In this document: one piece after another, positions 52,036-62,025 of the stretch
Numbering within the stretch: the stretch's first letter is position 1
How the letters are laid out: each line of letters opens with the position of its first letter
DNA from: Myxococcota bacterium
Lineage (GTDB): Bacteria; Myxococcota; UBA4151
Assembly (NCBI GenBank): GCA_036338695.1
Contig: JAYZBQ010000022.1
Coordinates: 11,644-75,643, forward strand
Reading direction: 5' to 3'
Length of the DNA: 64,000 bases
Made by a program: the position numbers and the translations under genes
Notes under the pieces: model-generated
What the model was told of the DNA's origin: nothing
Database searches by the model: none
The model's input: only the letters and a program-made list of their open reading frames with translations

Positions 52036-52097
52036 TATCCGATTTGAACTTGAACGAATTTTTCGATTGTGTATAGATAAACCGCATAAATCGACCA
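52036..52097. promoter_or_regulatory. divergent promoter with 9-bp repeat operators on both strands
   Basis: Plus strand AACCGCATA-AATCGACCA (52080-52097); minus strand AATCGAAAA-ATTCGTTCA (52051-52068) and AATCGGATA (52036-52044). Confidence 0.65.
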
Positions 52098-52106
52098 AGG
52101 CGCCCC

Positions 52107-52775
52107 ATGAAGAAGCCACAAAGCAGTTTTGAATCGACTATTTCGTTCAGCGCCTCAGCGACCGTCCCGACACGCTACGGTGACTGGGAGATGAGCACTT
52201 TTCACGACGCTCAAGGCGTCGAGCATGTCTGCCTAACGCACGGCGATGTCGCCGATCACGACGACGTCCTGTGCCGCTTTCACTCGGCTTGCATGACGGG
52301 TGAGATCTTCGGCTCAAAGCGTTGTGACTGCGGCGAGCAGCTCGATGGAGCGTTTCGCCGCATCCAGAAGGCAGGGCGGGGCGTGATCGTCTACCTCGCG
52401 CAGGAAGGGCGCGGGATCGGCCTGACCAACAAGCTGCGCGCCTACGACGTGCAGAACCGCGGCTACGACACGGTGGACGCCAACCGAGCGCTCGGCCTAC
52501 CAGATGACATCCGGAGCTACGACGACGCCAACGCAATCCTCAAGCTGCTCGGCGTGCGCAGCGTCCGGTTGATGACCAACAACCCTGACAAGCTGCGCAG
52601 CGTGCGCGAGGCGGGCTTACTCGCCGACCGCGAGGCGCACCTTCTGCCCGTGGGCGCGCTCGCCCAGCGCTACGTCCAGACCAAGCAGCATCGCATGGGT
52701 CACCTCAACGAAGGCAGCGCCGACAGTCAGCCCCTGTTCCCCAGCGAGTTCGAGACCCTGCTCAACGCCTCGTAA
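52107..52775 (+). CDS. ribA: GTP cyclohydrolase II
   Basis: HSACMTGEIFGSKRCDCGEQL, QEGRGIGL.NK, DTVDAN, MTNNPDK, RMGH. Confidence 0.95.
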   Translation: MKKPQSSFESTISFSASATVPTRYGDWEMSTFHDAQGVEHVCLTHGDVADHDDVLCRFHSACMTGEIFGSKRCDCGEQLDGAFRRIQKAGRGVIVYLAQEGRGIGLTNKLRAYDVQNRGYDTVDANRALGLPDDIRSYDDANAILKLLGVRSVRLMTNNPDKLRSVREAGLLADREAHLLPVGALAQRYVQTKQHRMGHLNEGSADSQPLFPSEFETLLNAS

Positions 52776-52778
52776 ACG

Positions 52779-53765
52779 ATGCCGTCTACACCATCCAATC
52801 GGACGCTGGCGGTTATCGGCGCAGGCGTCTCCGGCCTCACCGCCGCGGCGCAGCTGCAGCGATCTGGGTGGAGCGTTCGCCTCTTTGACAAAGGGCGCGG
52901 GCCAGGCGGGCGCGCTGCGACAAGGCGCAGCGCTTCGGGTGGCTTTGACCACGGCGCTCCGTATTTTACGGTGCAGACTGCGCAGGGGCGAGCGCTGGTC
53001 GAGCGCTTGCACGCTCAAGGGGTTGTGGCGCCGTGGTCCGGCCGCTTCGCAAGCGTGGACGCAGCCAACGCGTTCCATGAATCGCCAGCGCATGAACGGT
53101 GGGTCGGACGACCCAAAATGAGCGCGCTCGGTCGGTATCTGAGCCGTGATCTCGAGGTGAATTTAAGCACGCGTATCGTGACGCTCGGTGGCAAACCTGG
53201 CGCCTGGACCCTCGTCGACGAAAACGAGCACCACCACGGCTCCTTTCATGCTGTGCTCATGAGCTGTCCCGGGCCGCAGGCTGCAACGCTCCTACCCAAA
53301 CCCAGCGCGCTGCACGCGCGCTGCCTCGCGATGCGCTATGCCGTCTGCTGGGCTGGTCTCGTCGAGCTTACCGCTCAAGAGCCGTTTGCCTGGGACAGCC
53401 TCTCGTTCGAAGCCGGCACGCTCGGCGAGGCGTTTCGCAGCAACAGCAAACCGGAACGCAGCGGCGCCGAGCGATGGGTGGTCCACGCAGCGCCTGACTG
53501 GAGCTCAGCACATCGCCACGACGCGCCGGAGGTCGTGGGTCAAGCCCTGACCGAAGCCTTTGAAGAAGCTACCGGACAAAAGGTGCACACGATGACCGTG
53601 CACCGATGGCTCTACGCTCGAGCGCTCCAAAACGAGGGCGAGGTTGCTCTTATCGACAGCGAGCGACGGCTGGGCTTATGCGGCGACGGGATGACCGGTG
53701 GAGGCGTTGAAGCGGCATACATTAGCGGGCTCGAGCTGGCCAAGCAGGTGCAGGCGCATTTCTAA
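52779..53765 (+). CDS. renalase-like NAD(P)/FAD-dependent oxidoreductase
   Basis: IGAGVSG, DKGRGPGGR, FDHGAPYF, HRWLYA, CGD, VEAAYISG. Confidence 0.9.
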   Translation: MPSTPSNRTLAVIGAGVSGLTAAAQLQRSGWSVRLFDKGRGPGGRAATRRSASGGFDHGAPYFTVQTAQGRALVERLHAQGVVAPWSGRFASVDAANAFHESPAHERWVGRPKMSALGRYLSRDLEVNLSTRIVTLGGKPGAWTLVDENEHHHGSFHAVLMSCPGPQAATLLPKPSALHARCLAMRYAVCWAGLVELTAQEPFAWDSLSFEAGTLGEAFRSNSKPERSGAERWVVHAAPDWSSAHRHDAPEVVGQALTEAFEEATGQKVHTMTVHRWLYARALQNEGEVALIDSERRLGLCGDGMTGGGVEAAYISGLELAKQVQAHF

Positions 53766-53783
53766 GCGCAGCAGCCGAATCCC

Positions 53784-54221
53784 TCAGACGTTTTGAGGAG
53801 GCGGCTCAGAAGCTCGCCGGCTCGGGCGCCAGATATCGGCTGCGACCAGGACACCCGCTGCGATCACGAACTGAAGCGGCATGCGCGCCCACAAGAGCCA
53901 GCGCTCACGCGCCATCCCGTCAATGTAGACGTCAGCGACCAACATGTAGATGTTGGCTGGATACACGGCGACCAGCAGCGCCAGCAGCCCCCACCCGGCC
54001 AACCGCCGGGTACGCGACCAAAGCAAACCCACACCGCCTGCGACCTCAAAGAATCCGCTGATGTAGACCAGCTCAAGCGGAGCTGGCAGAAAAGGCGGCA
54101 CGATCGGCACGAACAAGCCAGGGTTACGAAAATGTTCGACCCCGACAGCGATGAAGGACAGCCCAACCAAAAGCGTGATGAACTGCGCTTTCAAGGGGCG
54201 GCTCATGGCGTGATCAGACAT
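53784..54221 (-). CDS. DoxX-like membrane protein
   Basis: GVEHF..P, IVPPFLP, SGFFEV, AVYPANI, ARMPLQ; start uncertain (in-frame ATG also at 54338). Confidence 0.8.
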   Translation of the reverse strand: MSDHAMSRPLKAQFITLLVGLSFIAVGVEHFRNPGLFVPIVPPFLPAPLELVYISGFFEVAGGVGLLWSRTRRLAGWGLLALLVAVYPANIYMLVADVYIDGMARERWLLWARMPLQFVIAAGVLVAADIWRPSRRASEPPPQNV

Positions 54222-54337
54222 CGGCTGCTCCCCTCTCAAGCTGCGCGCAGAGCGACGAGCAGCCGATGGCGCCGAAGCGCCCTCCCCCTTTTGCTCACTC
54301 GAGGCGCCCCGCTCCTTCGCTGCGCGAATAAATACCA

Positions 54338-54355
54338 TGAACGTTTTGTTCGATT
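54338..54355 (-). promoter_or_regulatory. putative operator: 9-bp direct repeat pair
   Basis: Minus strand reads AATCGAACA-AAACGTTCA, in the AT-rich divergent region before hemH. Confidence 0.6.
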
Positions 54356-54451
54356 TTAATATCAAAATCCAGCTAATATACGACCGCTCCCTGCGATCCG
54401 CCCACAGATGCGCCGCCTAAAGAGCACAGGCTTAGACAGGATACACAGACC

Positions 54452-55504
54452 ATGAACCCACGACGCACCGGCGTTCTGCTGACTCAACTCGGGACCCCCA
54501 AAGCTGCGACACAAGCCGCTGTCCGCCCCTTTCTTCGCGAGTTTTTGTCCGATCCGCGCGTGATCGACATCCCAGGGCTTGCGCGCGCAGCGCTCGTCAA
54601 CCTGATCATCGTCCCCTTTCGCACGCCGAAGTCGACCAAAATCTACCAAGAGCTCTGGGAAGTCGGCGGGGGTGAGTCACCGATTATGATGCACACGGAG
54701 GCTCTGACCGATGCGCTCAACGAGCGGCTCAAGGGCGACCACATCACCGTGCACATGGCGATGCGCTACCAAGCGCCGTCGATGGACGACGTGCTCGAGA
54801 CCATGCGGCTCGAGAACTACGACAAGATCGTGATCCTGCCGATGTTCCCCCACTACGCCTCGTCAAGCACCGGGACGGCGATCCAAAAGGCAATGGAGAT
54901 CATCTCGAAGTGGTGGGTGATCCCGGAGCTCGAGGTGGTCAATCAGTTCTACGACGAGGCCTTCTACATCGACACCGTGGTCGAGCAAGCCCGCAAGCAC
55001 GACCTGAGCACCTTTGATCACGTCGTCATCAGCTACCACGGGTTACCCGATCGACACGTCGACAAAGTCTATGAGGGCAAAGAGAACTTGTGCCGGGACC
55101 ACCACTGCGACGAGCGCGTCGATGAAGAGAACAAGTTCTGCTACAAAGCGACCGCTTACGAAACATCGAGATTAATCGCTGAAAAGCTAGGTCTAGAGCC
55201 CCATCAATACACCACCAGCTTCCAGTCTCGACTCGACGATAAATGGCTCACACCCTTTAGCGATGAGGTCATCGAGCAGCTCGCTAAAGACGGGAAGAAA
55301 CGTCTCTTGGTGTTCTCGCCTGCCTTCGTCGCGGACTGCTTAGAGACCTTGATCGAGGTGGGCTCAGAGTACCAAGAAATCTTCGAGGAGCATGGCGGCG
55401 AACACGTCCAGCTCGTCGAGAGCTGCAACACCGAGCCGACCTGGGTGGAGGGCTTGAGCGACTTCATCCGGCAGCGGCGAGTACGCCCGGCCAAGAGCGT
55501 TTAG
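54452..55504 (+). CDS. hemH: ferrochelatase
   Basis: LGTP, FLSDPRVID, MRY..P, PHYASSSTG, SYHGLP, FQSR, FVADCLETL.E. Confidence 0.96.
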   Translation: MNPRRTGVLLTQLGTPKAATQAAVRPFLREFLSDPRVIDIPGLARAALVNLIIVPFRTPKSTKIYQELWEVGGGESPIMMHTEALTDALNERLKGDHITVHMAMRYQAPSMDDVLETMRLENYDKIVILPMFPHYASSSTGTAIQKAMEIISKWWVIPELEVVNQFYDEAFYIDTVVEQARKHDLSTFDHVVISYHGLPDRHVDKVYEGKENLCRDHHCDERVDEENKFCYKATAYETSRLIAEKLGLEPHQYTTSFQSRLDDKWLTPFSDEVIEQLAKDGKKRLLVFSPAFVADCLETLIEVGSEYQEIFEEHGGEHVQLVESCNTEPTWVEGLSDFIRQRRVRPAKSV

Positions 55505-55505
55505 C

Positions 55506-57050
55506 TTACGGACAGCTGGGCGCCGCCTCGAGCGTCATGAGCGTCCATGCGGTCTGGTACCCGATCTGATGCGCTCGCCACGAGCGCCAAGCCGCCGAGT
55601 CACGCTCGCCGGGCTCCTGACCCAAGGCGCACTGCCCGGTGAGCAGCGTATAGAGGTACCCGCCGACCGCTTTGTCGAGGTCTCGGTGCATATGCCAGGC
55701 GTCTCGGTAGGCTGACTGGCCTGGGATCGCCTCACGCAGCTGCGCATAGAGCGTACGGATCGGCACGGCGCGAGCATGCGGCAGCTCGGACTGCTCGATC
55801 ATAAACCGCGCCACGCCGAGGTCGGTATCGTTCAAGGTGCCGCTGTCGCGATGATCGAGGCCGTATCGCATGGACTCGTCCCCGAAGTTGCCGTTGTCTT
55901 GCATCGGAAACCCAAAAGAGAACCCGAACTGCGACGGATCCACGCGGTAGCGCTTGTTTGGCTCAAAATTGGAGTTGGCGCGCCCGAAATTGAAATTAAT
56001 GGGCGCTTCGCCGCCGTTTTGGAGGATCTGCGGTGCTTGATCGAACACCCAGTTGAGCCCACCGAGGATCCCGCGCTCGGAGCTCGAGCCGGTGTGATGA
56101 TAGCTGATCACCTGCTCATCGACCCCGCAGCCACGAAACGGTGTGAGCGGCACGGCGACCCCCTCTTGAGCGGTGGGCTCCGCTGCGGCAACCACTTCAT
56201 AGGCGACCTGCGCCGCTTCGTCGTCGAAGGTGTAGCCCGACTGCGCAGCGCTGCGGCGAGTGATCTTGGCATAGATGGCTGCGGCGCCGAGATAGGCGCC
56301 CTGAGGTGACGGGTGACCTGAGCCCGCGCCTGGCTGCTGACGATCACCGAGAGCGTGCCATGCGCGCCCTGCTGGGACGACCTCGAGCGACGTCGCAGCG
56401 CCCAGCGCTACCCGGTGCGCAATGGACTCCATCTGATCCACCGCAGCCTCGGTCTCGTTACCCCGAGCCCAACCGGTCAAGAGCAGAGGCTGTCCGCCGC
56501 CGCTCACGACCGCAGCGGCGACCTTTTGCGTACCGAGGGCATGGTAGCCTGGCAGCTGCGCCATTATATAGGGATCGGGGCTGATCACCACATAGTCCCA
56601 CGCCTGATCATCGCCTCCGCTGAGCATGCGCCAACGCGCTTGCTGGTCCTCGGGCCAGTAATAGAACTGCGCCAACGAGTGCCGATGATGGGTGTAGGTC
56701 ACCTGAGCACCATTCTGCCCCAAACCGAGGGTCACGTCCTTGCTCGCATACAGATCATGAGCCGTGACCTCGACGCGTTCGGTTCCGTCGTCGCCCTCGA
56801 GAATCCGCCCAAGCTCAGCGGCGATCGACTCAGGCGAAAAGGTGGTCGCAGCGCCCCCCATCGAGCGGCTCGATCCGAGCACCAAAATACGGACCACGCC
56901 GTCACCGCTTCGGTCCGGGCTCTGCGCGATCACCGGTCCGCCTCCATCACGCCCCGCTTCATCACCCGCTCCTTCTGGCGCGCAGCCAGTCAGGCACAGC
57001 AGGGCAGCCAAGAGACCCTCAGAGCACCTCACGCCGCCCAGCCCGCTCAC
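55506..57050 (-). CDS. lipoprotein with SGNH-like N-terminal domain
   Basis: GTG start overlaps the upstream stop; lipobox LTGC; ILVLGSS, WDYVVI, VPAGRAW, HPSPQGAYL. Confidence 0.55.
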   Translation of the reverse strand: MSGLGGVRCSEGLLAALLCLTGCAPEGAGDEAGRDGGGPVIAQSPDRSGDGVVRILVLGSSRSMGGAATTFSPESIAAELGRILEGDDGTERVEVTAHDLYASKDVTLGLGQNGAQVTYTHHRHSLAQFYYWPEDQQARWRMLSGGDDQAWDYVVISPDPYIMAQLPGYHALGTQKVAAAVVSGGGQPLLLTGWARGNETEAAVDQMESIAHRVALGAATSLEVVPAGRAWHALGDRQQPGAGSGHPSPQGAYLGAAAIYAKITRRSAAQSGYTFDDEAAQVAYEVVAAAEPTAQEGVAVPLTPFRGCGVDEQVISYHHTGSSSERGILGGLNWVFDQAPQILQNGGEAPINFNFGRANSNFEPNKRYRVDPSQFGFSFGFPMQDNGNFGDESMRYGLDHRDSGTLNDTDLGVARFMIEQSELPHARAVPIRTLYAQLREAIPGQSAYRDAWHMHRDLDKAVGGYLYTLLTGQCALGQEPGERDSAAWRSWRAHQIGYQTAWTLMTLEAAPSCP

Positions 57051-59581
57051 GGTTTGACGTAGACCCAAAGGTAACGGTTTCCGTTGTGGTTCAAGCCAAA
57101 GCAGTTCGACGCCTCCCAACTGCAGCTGTTGTTGACGGTCAGGTTGCGACTGCTCTCGCTGCATCCGTTGCCACCTGCCCACCACGAGGTCCCGCTGTTC
57201 GGCTGGTTTCCGCTTGCGTAAATTTGGTTCGCTTGAATCGTGAAATTGGAATCCGTGATCAAGTTCGTTTCGGGGTAGCCGGACAGCCCAAGGCGAAAGA
57301 CGTTCTTGTTCACGTCGATGTAGCGATAACTGTTCCTGCTCGACCCGCACACGACGCGCAGCTTGTTGTAGTTGTTCAAGGCGCATGGCTGCCCCCACGC
57401 ACGCGGCACGTCATCACCGCCCGGCCGGTCATAATACCCTGCGCATTGCAACCAGCCGTCGCCGAACGCAGGCCCCGTCTCCCCCGAGAAGTTGGGCACC
57501 TGACCCGACACCTGACATTGGTTGGTGCAGCCGTCGTTGTTGTTTTGGTTGCCGTCGTCGCAGGCCTCGACCCCGGCACGTACGACGCCATCGCCGCAGC
57601 GCGCCGCGGTGCAATTGTTCAAGCAACCATCGGTCTGCGTTTGGTTGCCGTCATCGCAAGCTTCCACACCGACCTGCACCTGACCGTCGCCGCAGGACGC
57701 CACCGTACAGTTATTGAGGCAAGCGTCCCCCTGCTCGGCGTTGCCGTCGTCGCATGCTTCCACGCCCGCTTGGACCTGACCATCGCCGCAGCGCGCCGCC
57801 GCGCAGTTGTTCAAGCAGCTATCGGTCTGTGTTTGGTTGCCATCGTCGCACGCTTCCACACCGACCTGGACCTGACCGTCGCCGCAGCGGGCTGCGCTGC
57901 AGTCGTTGAGGCAGGCGTCGTCTTGATTGGCGTTGCCGTCATCGCAGGCTTCCACGCCGGCCTGCACCAAACCGTCACCGCAGGACGCCGCCGTGCAGTC
58001 GTTCAGGCAAGCGTCCCCTTGCTCGGCGTTGCCGTCGTCGCAGGCTTCCACCCCATCGTGGACGATCCCGTCACCGCAAGCAGCCCGAGCGCATTGGTTG
58101 GTGCACGCGTCCGTATCGACTCGGTTTCCGTCATCGCAGACCTCAACGTCGCGCTGGACGATGCCGTCGCCGCAAGCAGCGACCTGGCAGCTGTTGGTGC
58201 ACGCATCGTTCGGATCGGCGTTGCCGTCATCGCATGCTTCGACGCCAACGAAGAGCTCTCCATCACCGCAGCGAGCCAGACGGCAATCGCTCAAGCACGA
58301 GTCATCATCGCGCGCGTTGGCGTCGTCGCATTCCTCCCCTTCAAGCGCCAGGATCCCATCACCGCAGCGAGCGAGCTGGCACGCGTTGGTGCAGGCGTCG
58401 CGCGCCTCTCGGTTGCCGTCATCGCAAGCCTCCCCCGCGTCGAGACGACCGTTACCGCAGACCTCAAGACGGCAACGCGCATCGCAGCCATCGCCGACCT
58501 CCACGCCGCCATCATCGCAGGTCTCGCCCTCATCGATGCGACCATTCCCACAAGCCTCGACCCGGCAGACCTCATCGCATCCATCGCCGGCCACGGCGTT
58601 GCCGTCATCGCACCCCTCGGAAGCATCGACGCGCCCATTACCGCAGACCTCACGCAGACAACGAGCGTCACAGCCGTCACCAGGCTGGTCGTTTCCATCA
58701 TCGCATTCCTCAAAGCCTTCATCCTCGGGCTGCAGATCGCCCCGCTGGATGTCATCGCCGCAGCGCGCCACCTCACAGCGCAGGGTGCAGGCGTCGGTGG
58801 GGTCGGCGTTGCCGTCGTCGCAGGCTTCACGACCGGCCCATACCTGACCATCACCGCAGCTCGCCGCGGCGCAATTCGACAGGCAATCATCCGTCTCGTC
58901 GTCGTTGCCGTCGTCGCAGCGCTCGCCCTCCTGAACCACGCCATCGCCGCAGCTCGCTGGTTGACAGTTACGGCAGGCGTCCGTGGGGTCTTCGTTGCCA
59001 TCATCACAGCCCTCACCCGGACCGACGACGCCGTCGCCGCAGCGCGCAAGAATGCAGTCCGATAAGCAGGCGTCGGTGTCGACGTCGTTGCCGTCATCAC
59101 AAGCCTCAAAGCCAGCTTCCCCGGCGGCGCGATCTGTGCGCACCACGCCATCACCGCAGCGCGCAAGGCGGCAACCGCTCAAGCACTCATCCTCATCGAC
59201 CGCGTTGCCGTCATCACAGGCTTCGTAGTCCACGTCCCCTTCCGAGAGATCTGCGCGCACAAAGCCGTCGCCGCAGACCGCCACGCGACAGGCCGTCGTG
59301 CACGCGTCATCGTCCGCGTCGTTGCCATCATCGCAGGCTTCAAAGCCGTCCATGTCTGGGTCGAGGTCGGTGCGCGTGGTGCCGTCGCCGCAACGCGCAA
59401 TCGTGCAGCCGATCGTACAACCATCGGTCCCTACATCGTTGCCATCATCACACGCCTCGCCCGCCTCGATCGATCCGTTGCCACAGCTCGCCTCGGTCTC
59501 ACGAACGACCACCTGATCGCCGCACGAACCACTCAATACAAAGCTCGTCAGCAGCGCGCTGCGCAGGCCTTTAGACAGCAT
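57047..59581 (-). CDS. Cys-rich repeat (DUF4215-like) lipoprotein, paralogue of 10581-14069
   Basis: [15 protein letters not shown]-terminus; 20 CG(D/N)x repeats by my count; distinct Asn-rich C-terminal domain. Confidence 0.85.
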   Translation of the reverse strand: MLSKGLRSALLTSFVLSGSCGDQVVVRETEASCGNGSIEAGEACDDGNDVGTDGCTIGCTIARCGDGTTRTDLDPDMDGFEACDDGNDADDDACTTACRVAVCGDGFVRADLSEGDVDYEACDDGNAVDEDECLSGCRLARCGDGVVRTDRAAGEAGFEACDDGNDVDTDACLSDCILARCGDGVVGPGEGCDDGNEDPTDACRNCQPASCGDGVVQEGERCDDGNDDETDDCLSNCAAASCGDGQVWAGREACDDGNADPTDACTLRCEVARCGDDIQRGDLQPEDEGFEECDDGNDQPGDGCDARCLREVCGNGRVDASEGCDDGNAVAGDGCDEVCRVEACGNGRIDEGETCDDGGVEVGDGCDARCRLEVCGNGRLDAGEACDDGNREARDACTNACQLARCGDGILALEGEECDDANARDDDSCLSDCRLARCGDGELFVGVEACDDGNADPNDACTNSCQVAACGDGIVQRDVEVCDDGNRVDTDACTNQCARAACGDGIVHDGVEACDDGNAEQGDACLNDCTAASCGDGLVQAGVEACDDGNANQDDACLNDCSAARCGDGQVQVGVEACDDGNQTQTDSCLNNCAAARCGDGQVQAGVEACDDGNAEQGDACLNNCTVASCGDGQVQVGVEACDDGNQTQTDGCLNNCTAARCGDGVVRAGVEACDDGNQNNNDGCTNQCQVSGQVPNFSGETGPAFGDGWLQCAGYYDRPGGDDVPRAWGQPCALNNYNKLRVVCGSSRNSYRYIDVNKNVFRLGLSGYPETNLITDSNFTIQANQIYASGNQPNSGTSWWAGGNGCSESSRNLTVNNSCSWEASNCFGLNHNGNRYLWVYVKP

Positions 59582-59685
59582 CGCATCTCCCGTCTTGTGA
59601 CCCCATCACGAGGCGCCTTGGAGCTTGCACGGTCAACACGATGCTTTCAAGCCAGTGAGCGAGGACGGCGCGGCGCCACTTTCCT

Positions 59686-62025
59686 TTGCTCGCTCCTAGG
59701 TTGCGACCTACACTGTCCTTGGGAGCTTGGGCTTTGAGATCGTGGGCGCAATCAAAGGCGGGGATCATCTACCTCAGCGTACTGCTCACGCCGAGCGCAG
59801 CCGCTTCTGCGCAGGAGCCAACACCTCAAAGCGCCGAGCAGAACCTCGAGGCGCTGGCAACCGAGTCAACGCCCGAGCCCGCCAAGGCGGTCCCGACCTT
59901 GGGAACGACGGTGCGCGGCAAAAAATCGCCGACCGCGGGGGCGGCGATCGAACGCGCCAAAACGGCGGTCACACGCGACGAGGTCGAGGAGCGCCAGAGC
60001 CGGTCCGCGCCCGACGCGCTGCGTTACGAGCCGGGAGTCTTCGTCCAAAAGACGGCGCACGCCCAAGGCTCAGCGTTTGTCCGAGGGCTGACCGGACAGC
60101 AGACCTTGCTGATGTTCGATGGGATCCGGCTGAACAATTCCACCTATCGACAAGGCCCCAACCAGTACTTCTTCACCCTCGATGCGCAGACCATCGACTC
60201 GATCGTGGTGCGGCGTGGCGGGGCCTCGACGCGCTACGGCTCAGACGCCATCGGCGGGGTCATCGCAGCGCAACCTCTTCGAGCGCCTGCCGTGGCAGCG
60301 GGTCAGCGACGCATCGCGCCGAGCGTGACGCTGAGTGGGGCGACCGCCGACGAGAGCGTCGGGGGGCGCCTTCAGCTTGCGTGGAGCCAAGGTCGCCAGT
60401 TGCGCGTCCTGGCTGGCGTGGGTGGGCGCCGAGTCGGCGAGCTCGAAGGCAGCGGCGTCTTGCTGTCGCCCGAGACCGGCGAGCCGGCGCAAGTCCCCAT
60501 GATGCGGCCCGATGGTCGAACGCAGGCAGGTACAGGCTTTGATGAGCTCACCTTTGACGGGCGCGTCGACGCGCGCGGGCACCCCAAAGACCGACTCAGC
60601 GTGGCGGTCTATGGCTACCGACAGTTCGACGCACCGCGCACCGACCAATGCCCCGCTGCTTATGCGCCGTTTGACGAGTGCTTGCGCTACGAAGAGCAGT
60701 TCCGAACCCTCGCTTACGCCGCCTTTGATACCAAGCGCGTTGGCGCCCTTAAGCGGCTGCGCCTCACGGCGTCTTGGCAGCAGCAGCACGAGCGCAAACG
60801 GCTCGATCGCCCGAGCTCATTTGTGCAACACACTGGGCGTGATTCGGTGCAGACGCTCGGGCTCAGCCTCGTGGGCTCGACCAAGCCCATTCGGCTCAAT
60901 TCTTCACTGCGCCTCAAAGGTCAATTTGGCGCCGACCATTACGCCGACTCGGTCGCTTCGAAAGCCTGGACGGAGTTGACCGATCTCGAGGTCCTGGTCG
61001 AGCGCAGCCGAGGGCAATACCTCGACGGGTCACGCTATGCGCAAGGTGGCGTCTTCATCGATCTCGAGCTCGCTTGGAAGCGGCGCCTGTCCTTCCTTGC
61101 GGGAGGGCGCGCCGCCTGGGCGCTTGCCCAAGCCGACGCCGACCTGACCTCCGGCTCGCAGGCGGTCGACGCCACCTGGATGCCAGTCACCGGTCACGCA
61201 GGGCTTCGGTTCACCATCAGCCGTCTCGACGCGCTCAACCTCTCGCTCGACCGCTCGTTTCGAGCGCCCAACCTCGATGACCTCACCAGCCGACAGTTCA
61301 CCGGGCCCGGGTTTCAGTTTGAGAACGCTGCGCTCGGACCGGAGGTCGCGCACAGCGTAGAGCTCGGGTGGACGCGCCGTGCGCGTGACCTCGAGTGGGA
61401 CCTCTGGGGTTTTCGCACCGAGCTTGATGGCGCGATCGTGCGCCGCCCCAGGGCGCCGGAGGACTGCCCGCCCGAGACCCCCGGCTGCCAGGCGTCCTGG
61501 ACGCGTTTTCAGCTGATCAACGCACCCGACCCGTCCTTTATCTATGGTCTCGAAGGCGGTCTCATGGTGCGCATCGCTGATCACTGGCGCCTTCGGACGA
61601 CGGCTGCCTGGGCACGCGGCGACGGCCCCAACCCGGCCCTGCTCAACCAAGCAAGCGCAGCCGATACACGCCAGCGCGTCCCGCTCTCGCGCATCCCGCC
61701 GCTCAACGGCACGCTCGACCTGCGCTGGCGCCCCGACGCCCGGCGCGGACCCTACGCTGGCTTCGCCTTGCGTGGGGCGGCGCTCCAGGACCAGCTCGCC
61801 CTCTCCGATGTCTCCGACGAGCGGATCCCCACCGGGGGTACACCCGGGTTTGTGGTGGCCGACCTTCGCCTGGGCTACCGTGTGCATCGTGGGCTGATCG
61901 CAGGAATCGTTGTGGAAAACCTGACGGACCAGATCTATCGGTACCACGGCTCAGCGGTGAACGGGCCGGCGCGCGGCTTGCAGCTCCGAATCCGATACAC
62001 CCCGACGCCAAAGGATAAGGAATGA
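59686..62025 (+). CDS. TonB-dependent receptor
   Basis: Plug 'PGVFVQKT..GSAFVRG...DGIRLN...RGGASTRYGSDAIGGVI'; FRAPNLDDL; ENLTD..Y; start uncertain. Confidence 0.9.
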   Translation: MLAPRLRPTLSLGAWALRSWAQSKAGIIYLSVLLTPSAAASAQEPTPQSAEQNLEALATESTPEPAKAVPTLGTTVRGKKSPTAGAAIERAKTAVTRDEVEERQSRSAPDALRYEPGVFVQKTAHAQGSAFVRGLTGQQTLLMFDGIRLNNSTYRQGPNQYFFTLDAQTIDSIVVRRGGASTRYGSDAIGGVIAAQPLRAPAVAAGQRRIAPSVTLSGATADESVGGRLQLAWSQGRQLRVLAGVGGRRVGELEGSGVLLSPETGEPAQVPMMRPDGRTQAGTGFDELTFDGRVDARGHPKDRLSVAVYGYRQFDAPRTDQCPAAYAPFDECLRYEEQFRTLAYAAFDTKRVGALKRLRLTASWQQQHERKRLDRPSSFVQHTGRDSVQTLGLSLVGSTKPIRLNSSLRLKGQFGADHYADSVASKAWTELTDLEVLVERSRGQYLDGSRYAQGGVFIDLELAWKRRLSFLAGGRAAWALAQADADLTSGSQAVDATWMPVTGHAGLRFTISRLDALNLSLDRSFRAPNLDDLTSRQFTGPGFQFENAALGPEVAHSVELGWTRRARDLEWDLWGFRTELDGAIVRRPRAPEDCPPETPGCQASWTRFQLINAPDPSFIYGLEGGLMVRIADHWRLRTTAAWARGDGPNPALLNQASAADTRQRVPLSRIPPLNGTLDLRWRPDARRGPYAGFALRGAALQDQLALSDVSDERIPTGGTPGFVVADLRLGYRVHRGLIAGIVVENLTDQIYRYHGSAVNGPARGLQLRIRYTPTPKDKE

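Noticed and set aside
51990..52106. FMN riboswitch upstream of ribA
   Set aside because: Region is short, AT-rich, shared with a divergent gene and lacks the conserved RFN sequence blocks
57086..59574. Long plus-strand ORFs (659 aa, 446 aa, 306 aa)
   Set aside because: Antisense shadows of the GC-rich repeat gene, with no recognisable motifs
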